64,000 nt of DNA from Stegostoma tigrinum (lineage: Eukaryota): NCBI RefSeq assembly GCF_030684315.1, contig NC_081387.1, positions 18,231,309-18,295,308 of the forward strand, read 5' to 3'. The notes beneath the pieces were generated by a model that saw only the letters and a list, made by a program, of their open reading frames with translations, did not search any database and was not told the DNA's origin. This document shows, one piece after another, positions 11,200-24,467 of the stretch. A program made the translations under genes and the position numbers. Every line of letters begins with the position of its first letter. Position 1 is the first letter of the stretch.

Positions 11200-12600
11200 C
11201 TATTTTGTCCCCCTTGGTCCAAGAACTCCATACCTACGTCCATGACACTACCTACCCCTCCAACCCCTCCAGAACTTCCAGTTCCCCAGTCTCCAGCACC
11301 TCCTCTTTCCCATGGACTTCCAGTCCCTATACACCTGCATTCCCCACACACTTGGTTTTCAGGCCTTCCGCTTCTTCCTGTCCCACAGGCCCGACCAGTC
11401 CCCCTCCACAGACACCCTCATCCACTGAGCCAAACCCATCCTCACCCTCAATAACTTCTCTTTCAATTCATCCCACTTCCGATAGACAAAAGGGGTGCCC
11501 ACGGGTACTCGAATGGGCCCAAGCTATGCCTGTCTCTTTGTAGGTTACGTGGGACAATCCCTCTTCGGCAGCAACACTGGCCCTAAACCCCACCTCTTCT
11601 TCCGTTACATTGATGACTGTATTGACGCCACCTCATGTTCCCACGAGGAGCTCGAACAGTTCATCCACTTCACCAACACCTTCCACCCCAACTTTAAGTT
11701 CACCTGGACCATCTCTAATCCCTCTCTCTCCTTTCTGGAACTCTATGTTTCCATCTCTGGCAATAATATAGATACCAATATCCATTTCAAGCACACCGAC
11801 TCCCACAGCTACTGAGAATGAACCTCCTCCAATGCAACTTCCGGCAAAAATGTCGCCTCTATTCCCAACTACTTCGTCTCTGCTCCCAGGATGAGGAATT
11901 CCACTTCTGTACAGCTCAGATGACCTCGTTTTTCAAGGACCACAACTTCCCCCATCCATGGTGGAGAAAGCCCTTGAAAGTGTCTCCTGCATTTCCTGTA
12001 AATCATTCTTCACACCCCCTCGCAACAATAACAACCAAACAGAATACCCCGCGTCCTGATATACAATCACGCCAACCTCCAGATCTAACACATCATCCAC
12101 CGACACTTCCACCATCTGCAATCCGACCCCACCACCAAAGACATTTTTCCCTCCCACCCACATATGCTTTCCAAATAGATCATTCTCTCCGTGATTCCCT
12201 TGTCCGCTCCACCTACCCCTTCAGCCCCACTACACCCGCCACTTTTCCCTTAAACTGCAGGAAGTGCTACCCCTGCCGCTGCACCACACCCCTCACCCCC
12301 ATCCATGACCCCCAGAAGGCATTCCACATCAAGCAGATGTTCACCTGCACATCTGCTGCTGTGGTTACCACATCCGCTGTTCGTACCGCATTGTGGCCTC
12401 CTCTATATTGGGAAAAGCAAGCGGAGGCTTGGGGATTGCTTTGACGAATATCTACCCTCGGTTCACTGTAAACAACTGCACCTCCCAGTCGCGAACCAGT
12501 TCAACTACCCCTCCCATTCCTCAGACGACCTGTCCATCCTGGGCCTCCTGCGCTGCCACAACGATGCCACCTGCAGGAACAGCACCTCATACTCCAATTG
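11200..12600 (+). mobile_element. Degenerate Penelope-like element (RT and GIY-YIG)
   Basis: GTRMGPSYACLFVGY, FFRYIDDCI, HCGLLYIGKSKRRLGDCFDE, with frameshifts. Confidence 0.9.
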
Positions 12601-12919
12601 AGAACCATGTGGAATCATTGATGAACATCCCCAATTCTAATTTTAAGAATGCACGAAGGTCCGTGCTGAAGCCGCTGAAAATGCTCGGGCCTCAGGCTTT
12701 ATCCTGAGAAACTCCTGCAAGCGTCTCCTGGAGCTGAGGCAACAGACCTTCAAGAACTATGATGACCTTCCTCTGTGTCTGGTATATCTCCAACTACCAG
12801 AATGTTTGCCCTCTAATACACATGGATTACATTTTTGTCATGCTCTTTGATTCCACAGTCAGACAAATGCGCCCTCGATATCAGCCTCTTTCTTCCTGAA
12901 CAAAGCGGCCGCGGGGGCG

Positions 12920-14310
12920 ACTGCACAGTTCTTTGACAGTGGAGTTCAAAGTAGACAATGTGGTAAAGAAGATGTTTGGCATGTGTTTTTTTCATTGGTC
13001 AGAACACTGAATATAACAATTGTAATGTCATGGTGTGGCTGCACTGGGTATCTGTGAGGCCACTTTTAAAATACTGCTTCTAGTTATAATCAGATGAGGG
13101 ACGTTCTAGCTATGGAGGTCGTGCAAGACATTTTACCAATCTGATTGCTGTGGTTGGTTAGGAGTGTATAAAATTCTAAAATGCATCGATAGGGTTCACG
13201 TTCAGAATCTTTTTATCAGAGTTGGAATGACTAATACTGAGGGCGTGCATTTAAGGTTGGGAGCAAGTTCAAGGGGGATATGTTGGGCACGTTTTTTTAC
13301 ACAGAGAATTGCAGGAATCTGGAATGCACTGCCAGGGGAGGTGGTCGAGATAGGTGCAATTGGGGCATTTAAGGGACTTTTAGATAAGCACACAAACAGA
13401 CTAGTGGTAGAAGGGTACAGACCAAGGGCCAGCAGAAAGGAGTGGTTTAAAATGGCATCCTGTTCATCACAACATTGTGGGCTAAAGACCCCGCTGTTGT
13501 GCTGTACAGTTCGATGTCTTATGTTCCATGTTTCTATGTTGTGTGGATGGGCAAATGCATGGTGGATTGAGATGGCAGGTGGAGCAAATTGAGGTTATCC
13601 ACTTTGATAACATGAAAAGGCAGATGGATTATTATCTGAATGGTGATACATTTGCAGTAAAGAGTTGCAAAACTTCCTGGATGTACTTGTAAACTAATTC
13701 CTGAAAGTAAGAATGCAGGCGCAGCAGTGTGTGAAGAAAGGAAATAAAATGACGTTGACACAGCGAGAATATTTGAATATTGGGACAGGGGTATCTTGCT
13801 ACAATTGTCTAAATCCTTGGTGCGACCACACCGAAACTGCTTGTGAAGTATTGGGCTCTTCATCTGGTGGATAATGTTTCAACGATGGAGGGAGTATGGA
13901 GAATTTTAATCGGCGGTTTGGATGGCAGGGCTGACCGATGTGGAGAGATTAGATCATTCAAATTTATACTCGCCAGAGCCGATTGGAAGGGCAGAGTGTG
14001 GTGTACATACATCTAAAAATTATGTAAAGCTCTAAAAAGACTGCGCTAAGCAAGCATAGGTGTAATGCTCGAAAGACCAGGGTGTCCAGAGGCTGACGTC
14101 ATAGTCTTAGAAAACAGAGTAGAGTATTCAGGTCTGAGATGATGAGAAACCTCTTCACCTAAAGAGTGGTGAGCTTCTATAATTCCCTGCAACAGGAACA
14201 GGTTGAGTTGAAAACATCGAATGTCCTCAAGTAGAAGTTAATTTTGTTCTTAGGGATACAGGGATCAAGCAGTGTGAGGGGAAAGCAAGAAAGGGATCCT
14301 GAGGTGGATG
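12920..14310 (+). mobile_element. Two tandem degenerate CR1 3' fragments
   Basis: YKILKCIDRV, FFTQRIAGIWNALP, LVRPHR, MRNLFT*RVV. Duplicated at ~44400-45810. Confidence 0.7.
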
Positions 14311-14399
14311 AAATTGTGATTCCCAGAATTTCAAAATGACGGCCATTTTAAACTGAAGAACTATCACTGAATGTGTTGTTTTGAATTACGTAGAGGTTC

Positions 14400-15900
14400 G
14401 TAAGTCAAAAGAAAGGAGTTTGCTTCATGACACAATGTGAAATGAACAATAAATCACACTTTAACAATTATTTCCTCACATCAAAACCAAATGTAATACA
14501 AATTCACTTGCAAATCACGATGTACACAGTTGTGGTTAGGCATGAAGGAACACATGCAACATTGACTTCTCCAACACATTTACTGAACAGTCCACTCACC
14601 ATTTGGAGCACAACTTTCAGAGATAATTCTGCCAAAACTCTACATTTCCTCCAGCAGAATTCTACATATTTTCTTGGAGGATTTAGCCACCAATTCACAT
14701 CTTACAACAGCCGACAAACAAACAATGCTCCACAAGCACAGTCTTCTGCAAAATGATGGGCTGCTGTGGAACCTCCTCAGTAGTCTTCATGAGAATATTC
14801 ATATTGTTGTCCCACCAGTCACCTTTATCTGATGCTTCAGTGACAGCTATGTACAATGGTCTGTTCATAATCAACATGTCGTTCCTGAAAAATAATGGAA
14901 GCAGTGCTGGGCTCCTTAGTTCTCCTCCACTTTTGTTCTTCTTCCTCCTATTGCCTGCAGCTTCCAGGTCACTCCAATCAAAACTGTGGACCACTCCTGG
15001 TCTGTGGCATTTCACATCTGATGTTTTTCTATCATTTCAGGAGCTCTTGACTTTGAAATAAGAGCTGCAAAAACTTTGATTCCTTTGATTCCTTTTATCA
15101 ATAATTGAGGAAAAAAATGTTTAACACACTTACGGGTTTCAATAACTATTTCATTTCCAGCTGCCCTCTTTTCTGAGGATTCCTTTGAAATTCCCAACAC
15201 TACAATTGGTGTCCCACTGAAACTCCAACAATTGTATTTCAAGCATCATTTCAATGGATGCATGTCAGTTTCTTGATGTCAATTTTGGTTTAGAATTTTC
15301 AGTTTTCTGAGCTTTGCATCCTTCAGTTTTCTCCCAAACACTCGTCCCATCCCCAGATATTCTGGCCCTCCTATCTACTTCTGAATTCCAACATAACCAT
15401 CAGGCAACATGTAATGACGTATGTGAGACATCATCGGCATCTGCTAAAACTACTGATATGATATTTGACACATGGCTTGATGCTTGACAAAGTAGACACA
15501 GAAACAGTGTTTTCTCATGTGTGGAAATCCAGAACAAGACTCATCATTTTCGGATAACAGGTCACAGATTGAAAACAGAGATGAAGAGACATTTTTCCCA
15601 CAAGGGTATCTAAGGAATGTGCAGTGAATGCTGATAGAGGAAATTTTCAAAAGAGTTGGACACATTTTAAAATAGTAATCGTTTGAACTGTTATGGTTTT
15701 CCTGGTGCCTAGGACAAAAAGTAAAATTCGGTGATACATTGCCATGTATTGGTTTTACCAGAACTTTATTCTAATGTTCAGTTAGGAGGTGGCTCCTTCC
15801 AGAAATTTCTTGAAGAGTGGAAAGCCACCTGAATGAAACAGGAGTGTTAGGGGGATGTTGACAGCTTGGAAGTTGTGTGGACAACCACACTTGTCATGAG
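14400..15900 (-). mobile_element. Highly degenerate coding-like repeat upstream of exon 1, possibly a Gypsy gag/pol remnant
   Basis: Related blocks at ~26200-27600, ~45920-47330 and ~58100-60450. Faint motifs (VVLAD..VSH, GTPIVV..SKESSE) recall Gypsy polyproteins. Identity unverified. Confidence 0.3.
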
Positions 15901-16639
15901 AATGAGAGGTTCTCACTGCTTATTGATGTCAGCGCATTGACTTGAGTTATTTTACCACATGATTGTGTGATGGGAATTGAAAATACAAACGCAAATAAAA
16001 GAGTAGGCCACTTTGCCCTTTCAGTCTGTCCTGCTGCTCAGTGAGATAATCGTTGATCATGATTTTGACATCACCTCGATATTCCTGAATGGCCTCGATA
16101 ATCTGTAATCAACTTGATAATCTAGAATCTACCGACCTGTAGTTGAACATAATTTAAGATTCTGCATTCACTGCTTTTTGAGGAAGGGAATCTCAAAGAC
16201 TGTCAACCCTTTGAGAGAAATCTTTTGTTGTCCTCTCTGTCTTAAATGGACAAAACCTTATATTTAAGCAATGGACCAAGTTCTGGTGTGAGGGTGAGTG
16301 TGGCTTAAGTCCAGTCAGTAATTTTGTTTAGAATACTTTCTCATTTCTCACTGGATACATCATGAAAGGCAGGAAGAGGAGGGTAAGATTGGAATGGTGC
16401 GAATGTGGGCTCATGTGGCATTGTTGTATGATTTCTCTTCCAGGCGAAAAAGGACTGGGTTATAGTATCACTTTATCCAGGGACAAATCGTAACACAGTT
16501 TGATTGAAATGTGTGAAACTCGAAGCTGTAGCCCTCCCTCCTGGATTAGCTTACTCTTCACATTCAATTAAGGTCACACCGAAGCAGGCAGCTCCCTCAT
16601 GGCCCTCTGAGAAGCCAAAGCTCATGACCCTAATTCTCT

Positions 16640-16820
16640 GGTGATCACAGTGCTGAGTGTAAATACTGCTCAAGGATGTGAGATATTAACTTGTTTCTTA
16701 AAAAATGCTGAGATTAATGAAATCTTAATGAATGAAATTCAGTGGAGGATTGTCCTGCGCATAAATTTAACGTGTTTCAATGCATTGCCTCATTGTGACT
16801 GTACCGGCTTTCACCTGAAA
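16640..16820 (+). promoter_or_regulatory. Putative core promoter of GPCR gene 2
   Basis: CATAAAT at 16760, 61 nt before the ATG. GTAAATA at 16659 lies in a block conserved in all four promoters. Confidence 0.55.
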
Positions 16821-16884
16821 ATGGCACCAGTGTCACTTCCAATAGAAATTCTCTTTCCCATTCTTGCAATCTTTGGAATTCCTG
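16821..16884 (+). CDS. GPR139-like GPCR gene 2, coding exon 1 (MAPVSLPIEILFPILAIFGIP)
   Basis: aaaATGG start, ends CCTG|GTAAGT. Joins 23566 in phase 1 to give ...FGIP-ANLMTLLIL, completing TM1. Confidence 0.88.
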
Positions 16885-18417
16885 GTAAGTCGGTAAAAGC
16901 CGCTTTGACATTATTCTTGCCTGTTCGGTTTTGAATTGAGTCTCTGCAATTTGGAGCTTCACCAATCAAGTGAATCTCCTCCTGATTATTCAGCTTGTCT
17001 GCTCTTCATTATCATCAGTTTCAGTTTGAGAGCAATTCGTCCTGCCTGGGTTGGAAGCAATTGTGCTTATCCTCAATGAAGAATACAAGTAAATGACAGA
17101 GGACTGAAACAGATATTTTGCATCATTCCTTATGATGGATGATACTTTGTGCATTTTACCATTGCTACAGAGTATGGTGCATTATTTAAGTCCTATCTCC
17201 GTTGCTGAAGAAGGAATATTTGAAAAATTATTGGAGCTAAAGAAAAATATGTTCCTGGGTCTGATCCAAAAAGAGATACTGGATGCTTTGGCTGTAATTT
17301 ACTAAAATCCTTGGGTTGTGGAGAATTACCAGAGGTTTGGAAAACTGAAAATGTGACACTGCATTCCAAAAGAAAGAATGGCAAAACATGGGTTATTCTA
17401 TCGATTGTTGAAAATACATTGGAATCAATTTGTAAAGATGAGATCGCGTACAGTTTGGAAAATATTAATCTGATCAGGCAGAGTCAGCTCAGCTCCATGA
17501 AAGCAAAATTGTGAGTGGCAAATTTATTGCAAAACGAAGCCTCATCGAGATGGAAAGAGGGAAATCAGTAGATGTGTTTTAATTGGGATTTGCGAATGTG
17601 TTCAACAGTGTCTCTCACAGAAGGAGCAGTCATAACAGCCAATGTTCTTGGAGGTAGATTATTGGTTTGTTTGGATAATGGTCCAAGAGACAGCGAGAGT
17701 TGATGATGTATTCATTTATAGTTTTGTCATCCATGATCTGTGGGATACCACAGGGATCATTGTTGAGATTGCTACTTTTTACAGTATATATTCACAACTT
17801 GGAAGAAGAAATGAATGTAGTGCAGCTAAATTTGCAGATGACATCTAAGCATAGTTGGAAAAGTAGATTGTGAGAAGATACAATGTTTTACAGAAAGATA
17901 TTGAGAGGTTAAACAAATCATTGTCAAATGGAGAGTAATGTGGAAACATGTCATGTTGTTCATTTTGGAGGGTAGAACAAAAGGACAGAGTTTTACATAA
18001 ACAGTAAAAAGCTACAGATAGCCGGAAGACAAATTGAGTTGAGGTCCTTGCGCATGAAACATTGAAAGCTAGCACAAAGGTGCAACCAGTCGCTTGGAAG
18101 GGTCACGGAATATTGGTCCATATTTCAAAAAATATCTTACATCCCTGGGGTACTGTGTGCAGTTTTCGTCCTGTTATTGAGGAAAAGAAAAAATCTTCAT
18201 CAGAAGCTATTCAGACAAGGAGCATCAGCATGATCAAGTGTGGAGGAACTGTGTTATGAGCAAAAATTAAAAGATTGGGTCTCTTCTCACAGGAATGTAG
18301 AAGTATGAGAGTTGACATTATTGAAACATATTGGATTCTTAAGGAGCTTGACCAGTAAATGCTGGAGGATCATTCCCTTCATGGGAGTTCTATGGCTGTT
18401 TCTGCATTCCCATGAAA

Positions 18418-18493
18418 ATGGGACCACAACCTGTTCTAATAGAAATTCTAATAGAAATTCTCCTTCCCATCATTGTAATCCTTGAAATTCCTG
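18418..18493 (+). pseudogene. Intronic donor-less copy of exon 1 with an internal 12-nt duplication
   Basis: ATGGGACCACAACCTGTTCTAATAGAAATTCTAATAGAAATTCTCCTTCCC...CCTG|ATTA. Confidence 0.72.
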
Positions 18494-18581
18494 ATTAAAC
18501 CCTGTTGTGATATTTTTCTTGCATGTTCAGTCACGAAGTGTCCCAGAGAGAATATTCAAATAGTTAAGGAGTGATGAATTA

Positions 18582-21500
18582 TAGAACATAGAACATAGAA
18601 CAGTACAGCACAAAACAGGCCCTTCAGCCCACAATGTTGTGCCGACCATTGATCCTCTTGTATGCACCCTCAAATTTCTGTGACCATATGCATGTCCAGC
18701 AGTCTCTTAAATGACCCCAATGACCTTGCTTCCACAAGTGCTGCTGGCAATGCATTCCATGCTCTCACAACTCTCTGTGTCAAGAACCCGCGTCTGACAT
18801 CCCTTCTATACTTTTCACCAACCAGCTTAAAACTATGACCCCTCGTGCTACCCATTTCTGCCCTGGGAGATAGTCTCTGGCTATCAACTCTATCTATGCC
18901 TCTCATTATCTTGTGTACCTCAATTAGGTCCCCTCTCCTCCTCCTTTTCTCAAATGAAAAGAGACCGAGCTCAGTCAACCTCTCTTCATAAGATAAGCCC
19001 TCCAGTCCAGGCAGCACCCTGGTAAACCTCCTCTGAACCCTCACCAAAGCATCCACATCTTTCCTATAATAGGGCGACCAGAACTGGACGCAGTATTCCA
19101 AGTGCAGTCTAACCAAAGTTTTATAGAGCTGCAACAAGATTTCATGACTCTTAAACTCAATCCCCCTGTTAATGAAAGCCAAAACACCATATGCTGTCTT
19201 AACAACCCTGTCCACTTGGGTGGCCATTTTAAGTGATCTATGTATCTGCGCACCAAGATCCCTCTGTTCCTCCACACTGCCAAGAATCCTATCCCTAATC
19301 CTGTACTCAGCTTTCAAATTCGACCTTCCAAAATGCATCACCTCGCATTTATCCAGGTTGAACTCCATCTGCCACCTCTCAGCCCACCTCTGCATCCTGT
19401 CAATGTCCCGTTGCAGCCTTCAACAGCCCTCTATACTGTCAACGACACCTCCGACCATTGTGTCGTCTGCAAACTTGCTGACCCATCCTTCAATCCCCTC
19501 GTCCAAGTCATTAATAAAAATTACAAACAGTTGAGGCCCAAGGACAGAGTCCTGTTGAACCCCACTCACCACTGACTTCCAGGCAGAATATGTTCCTTCT
19601 ACTACCACTCGCTGTCTTCTGCTGGGAAGCCAATTCTGTATCCAGACAGCTAAGTTCCCCTGTATCCCATTCCTCCTGACCTTCTGAATGAGCCTACCAT
19701 GGGGAACCTTTTCATATGCCTTGCTGAAGTCCACATACACCACATCCACAGCTCGACCCTCATCAACTTTTCTAGTCACATCCTCAAAAAACTCGATAAG
19801 TTTTGTGAGGCATGACCTACCCCTCACAAAGCCGTGTTGACTGTATTTGATCAAGCCATGCTCTTCCAGATGGTCATAAATCCTATCCCTCAGAATCCTT
19901 TCTCACACCTTGCAGACGACAAACGTGAGACTTACTGGTCTGTAATTGCCGGGGATTTCCCTATTTCCTTTCTAACAGAGAAGAATTACATTTGCCTCTC
20001 TCCAGTCCTCAGGTACGACTCCAGAGGAGAGCGAGGATGCAAAGATCTTCGCAAGTGGCGAAGCAATTGCATTTCTCTCTTCCCAAAGCAGCCGAGGACA
20101 AATCTTGTCCAGGCCTGGCGACTTGTCAATCTTAATGTTTGACAAAATTTTCAGCACATCAGCTTCCTCTATCTCTATCCATTCCAGCATGCACACCTGC
20201 TCTTCAAAGGTTTCATTCACTGCAAATTTCGTTTCTTTCATAAAGACAGCAGCAAATAACTCATTTAGGGCTTCCCCTACCTCCTCAGACTCCACGCACA
20301 AGTTCCCTATGCTATCCCTGATCGGCCCTACTCTTTCTTTGACCATTCTCTTATTCCTCACATAAGTTTAAAATGCCTTTGTGTTTTCCCTAATTCGTTC
20401 TGGCAAGCCTTTCTCGTGCCCCCTCCTGGCTCTCCTCAGACCATTTTTGAGCTCCTTCCTTGCCTGCGTGTAATCCTCTCTAGCTGAACTTGACCCTAGC
20501 TTCCTCCACCTTATGTAAGCTACCTTCTTCCTTTTCACAAGAAGCTCCACCGCTCTCGTCATCCAAGGTTCCTTTATCATACCCCGTCTTGCCTGTCTCA
20601 GAGGGACATATTTAATCATCACTCGCAACAACTGTTCCTTAAACAGTCTCCACATGTCTGTAGTTCCCTGACCATGGAACAATTGCTCCCAGCCCATGCT
20701 TCCTAACTCATGTCTAATCACGTCATAGTTTCCTCTTCCCCAATTAAATATCCTCCCATTTTGCCTAATCCTCTCCTTCTCCATAGCTTTGTAGATTGTG
20801 AGGCAGTTATGGTCACTATCACCAAAATGCTCTCCCACCACAAGATCTGATACCTGTCCCGGCTCGTTTCCGAGCACCAAGTCTAGAATGGCCTCTCCCT
20901 TCGTTGACCTGTCAACGTACTGCGTTAGGAAACCCTCCTGAACACACTTTACAAAAACAGCTCCATTCAAATCTTCTGCTCGAAGGAGGTTCCAATCAAT
21001 ATTAGGAAAGTTAAAGTCACCCATTACAACAACCCTACTGCGTCCACACTTTTCCAAAATCTGTCGACCTATGCTTTCTTCAATCTCCCTGCTGCTATTG
21101 GGGGGCCTGTAGTAAACCCCTAACGAGGTGACTACTCCCTTGCTGTTCCTAATTTCCACCCATACTGACTCAGTAGGCAGATCTTCCTCGACAAAGGAAG
21201 CTTCTGTAGCTGTGATACCCTCTCTGATTAGTCGTGCTACACCCCCTCCTCTTTATCCCCCCTCCCTATTCTTTTTAAATGTTCTAAACCCTGGAACATC
21301 CAGCAACCATTCCTGCCCCTGAGAAACTCATGTCTCCATTATGGCCAAAACATCATAGCACCAGGTACTGATCCATGCTCTAAGTTCATCACTTTTATTC
21401 CCAATACTCCTTGCATTAAAGCAAACACACTTTAACCGATCCCTTGGTTCCTTCCCACTTGCTGGTCTACCTCTTGCTACTGCCTCACCTGCATCAACTT

Positions 21501-22686
21501 TCACCTCTGGTATACAGGTCAGGTTCCCACCCCCCTGCCATACTAGTTTAAACCCTCTCAAACGACACGAGGAAACCTTCCTCCCAGGACATGGGTCCCC
21601 TTCCAGTTCAGATGCAACCCGTCCTTCTTGTACAGGTCCCACTTTCCCCAGAAGGCACCCCAATTATATACATATCCGAAGCCCTCCCTCCTACACCAGC
21701 TGCGTAGCCACGTATTAGGCTGCACCCACTCCCTGTTCCTCGCCTCGCTATCTCGTGGCATCGGTAGTAAACTAGAGAACACGACTCTGTTTGTCCTGGT
21801 CTGCAGGTTCCATCCTAACTCCCTGAAATCACTTTTTATATCCTCTATCCTATTTCTGGCTATATCATTTTTGGCCAATATGTAACACAATTTCTGGCTG
21901 TTCGCCCTCCCCTTTTAGAGCCTTATACACCCGATCAGAGATGTCCTGGACCCTGGCACCAGGGAGGCAACATTCCTGCCGGGAATCCCGATCCTGACCA
22001 CAAAATCTCCTGTCAATTCCCCTAACTATCTAGTCCCCTACCACGAGTACTTTTCTATTCTGCCCCCTGCCCTTCTTTGCCACAGTGTCAGGCTCAGTGC
22101 CAGAGAACTGACTATTATGGCTTTCCTCTGGTAGGTCAACCCCCCCAGCAGTATCCAAAACGGTATACTTATCGCTGAGGGGAATGCCCACAGGGGATCT
22201 CTGCACTGTCTGTCTGTTCCCTATCCTCCCCCGAACTGTAACCCATCTATCCATGTCCTGAGCCTTAGGAGTGACCAACTCCCGGTAACTGCTCTCAATT
22301 ACCCCCTCTGCCTCCCGAATGATCCGTAGTTCATCCAGCTCCAGCTCCATTTCCCTAACACGGTTTTCAAGGGGCTGTAGTTGGGTGCACTTCCCGCAGA
22401 TGTAGCCAGCGGAGACGTGTGCCACGTCTCCCAACTGCCACATTCTGCAGGAGGAGCAAGAAACTGCCCGCGCATCTATACCCCACTTATCTGAACACCC
22501 ACTCAGTACTAAAGTAGAAAGCTTACTTCAAGTAATAATAACTTACTTCAAGTAATAATAACAAACTAATAACAAACTAATATTCAATAGAGAAAGTTTA
22601 GAAGGAACCTTACCTTATTAACTAGGTTAGAGGAGGAGAGCGGGTGGGAAACACTACAGTTGTAGAGTCTTGGGTTGAGACACCTA
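18582..22686 (-). mobile_element. Near full-length CR1 LINE (ORF1 zinc finger + SGNH esterase; ORF2 APE + RT), disabled
   Basis: CSSC..CGKC, VLVVGD, DGLHLN, FNARSI, VVMGDFNFP, QHGFVRGRSCLT, KFADDT. (TTCTATG)n tail. AATTA TSD at 18577-18581 and 22687-22691. Empty sites at ~6819 and ~50103. Confidence 0.95.
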
Positions 22687-23565
22687 AATTAATTCTGAGA
22701 TTAGGAGGAATTTGTTCCCTCAGTGGGTTGTGTGTCTGGAACTTCTTGCCACAGACAGAGCTGTGGAGGCAGAATCCTCATTATGTTTCACACTGAGACA
22801 CACAGATTCTCGATGGCTTTGGCAGGTGTTTCAGAATTTTGAAAATGACAACATTTTTGATGGAAGTAAACCACAGAAGAGGAGAATGGGAACATATGAA
22901 GGAGAAGCTGGAATCGGCCAATTGGCGCTTTGAACTGCTTCCACCTTTCAGAGGGACCATGGTTTGAGTGATCTCCACTGTCCTGCCTGCATTCCATAGC
23001 CCGTGAATCTCTTGTGTGTCCAAAATGTATCTAACTCAGTCTTCTAGATTCGGCGACAACTATGTGTAGGGGAAGAGGATCCATATTTTAACCAACTTCT
23101 GAGAGAGTAAAAATCTCATATCTCTATTTGAAATGGGAAACTGCTTATTCCGAAACTGTGTCTTCAATTTTAATCTCCTCCCTCAAAAGAAAACCATTTC
23201 CACGTGTTCCACATTATCCAGTTCCCTCAAGATCTTAAAGGTTTCAATGAGATCACCTCACATCCTTCTGAATTCGAATGGATACAGGCATAAACTTTCT
23301 TCACAAAACAAGATCGTCATCAACTTGTGAGACAGGTAAATCTTCTCTGATCTGTTTCTGAATGAGAAAGAAAAAGTTCTCTTGAAGTTTGGAGACCAAG
23401 CAGTACAAAATCACCTTCTAATTAATCCCACAGCACAGACAATGTGTTGCTGATGGCATGATGTATATTGTTATACAAGCCTCGAGTGACCAGCAGCATC
23501 TCAGAGACTTGCAATTACAGACCCCATCTGTGCACATATCGACTGATCGTTCTTTCTGTTTTCAG

Positions 23566-24467
23566 CGAACCTCATGACACTGTTGATTCTTTCTCAAGGC
23601 AAGTGTGGCCTTTCCCAAGGAGTCACTTGCTACATGAGGGCCATGGCAACGGCAGATTTAATTGTACTTGTCTTCATTGTGATTGTGACTGAGATCGTCG
23701 TGAATCATTTCCCAGACTCACTGATTAAATACACTTCCATGTGCCAACTCAATGCTTTCCTGCAAGGGCTGAGCCTCCAGCTCTCCATCTGGTTCACCAT
23801 AGCCTTCACCTTCGACCGCTTTGTCGCAATTTGCTGCCACAGGTTGAAGGCGAGATATTGCACTGAAAGAACGGCCAATGTGGTCATATCCACTGTGAGC
23901 GTGCTTAACATTATAATCAACATTCCCTTACCTTTTCGCTGTGAGGCTGCTTATGTTGTGAACAGTGTACAGTGGGGCTGCCATACCATCACCAGTTACC
24001 ACACTTCACCGGGCTGGGCAGCTCACCAGTGGGTCACCAACATCTCAACCATGATTCTTCCTATTCCCCTGCTCCTGTTGTTGAATTCTCTCACTGCCCG
24101 GCACATACTAGGGGCCAGCAGAGCTCGCCGAGCCCTGAAGTGCAGTGGTGGTGCTGGGAAGCTGGGCAGAGACCCCGAGCTGAATAGCAGGAGGACCTCC
24201 ATCATTCTGCTCTTCACCATCTCTGGGTGCTTCGTGGTGCTGTCGATGCCCATCACTGTGATCCATATCTGTGTCGGTGTCACCCAGACAGTGGCATTTG
24301 AAGGATCAAACTCACTCTATTTGGCAATCAGGGCGACATTTCTGATGATGTGTACCAGCTCCTGCACAAACACATGTGTTTATGCATTGACCCAGAGGAG
24401 GTTCAGAGAGGAGATGAAGAAACTGGTCAAATCTCCCTGTTCTATTCTCTGTAAGCTAAATATGTAA
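23566..24467 (+). CDS. GPR139-like GPCR gene 2, exon 2 (spliced product 321 aa)
   Basis: Acceptor ttttcag|CGAAC. ILSQGKCGLS, MATADL, DRFVAICC, NTCVYALTQRRFREE. Intact to TAA. Confidence 0.9.

Noticed and set aside
10832-11200. Possible LTR fragment starting TGTTATGGG
   Set aside because: No second LTR, terminal CA or TSD identified. Insufficient support.
22520-22582. Short tandem duplications (cttacttcaagtaataataa x2, taacaaactaa x2)
   Set aside because: Slippage repeats within the CR1 5' UTR, with no evidence of a separate function.
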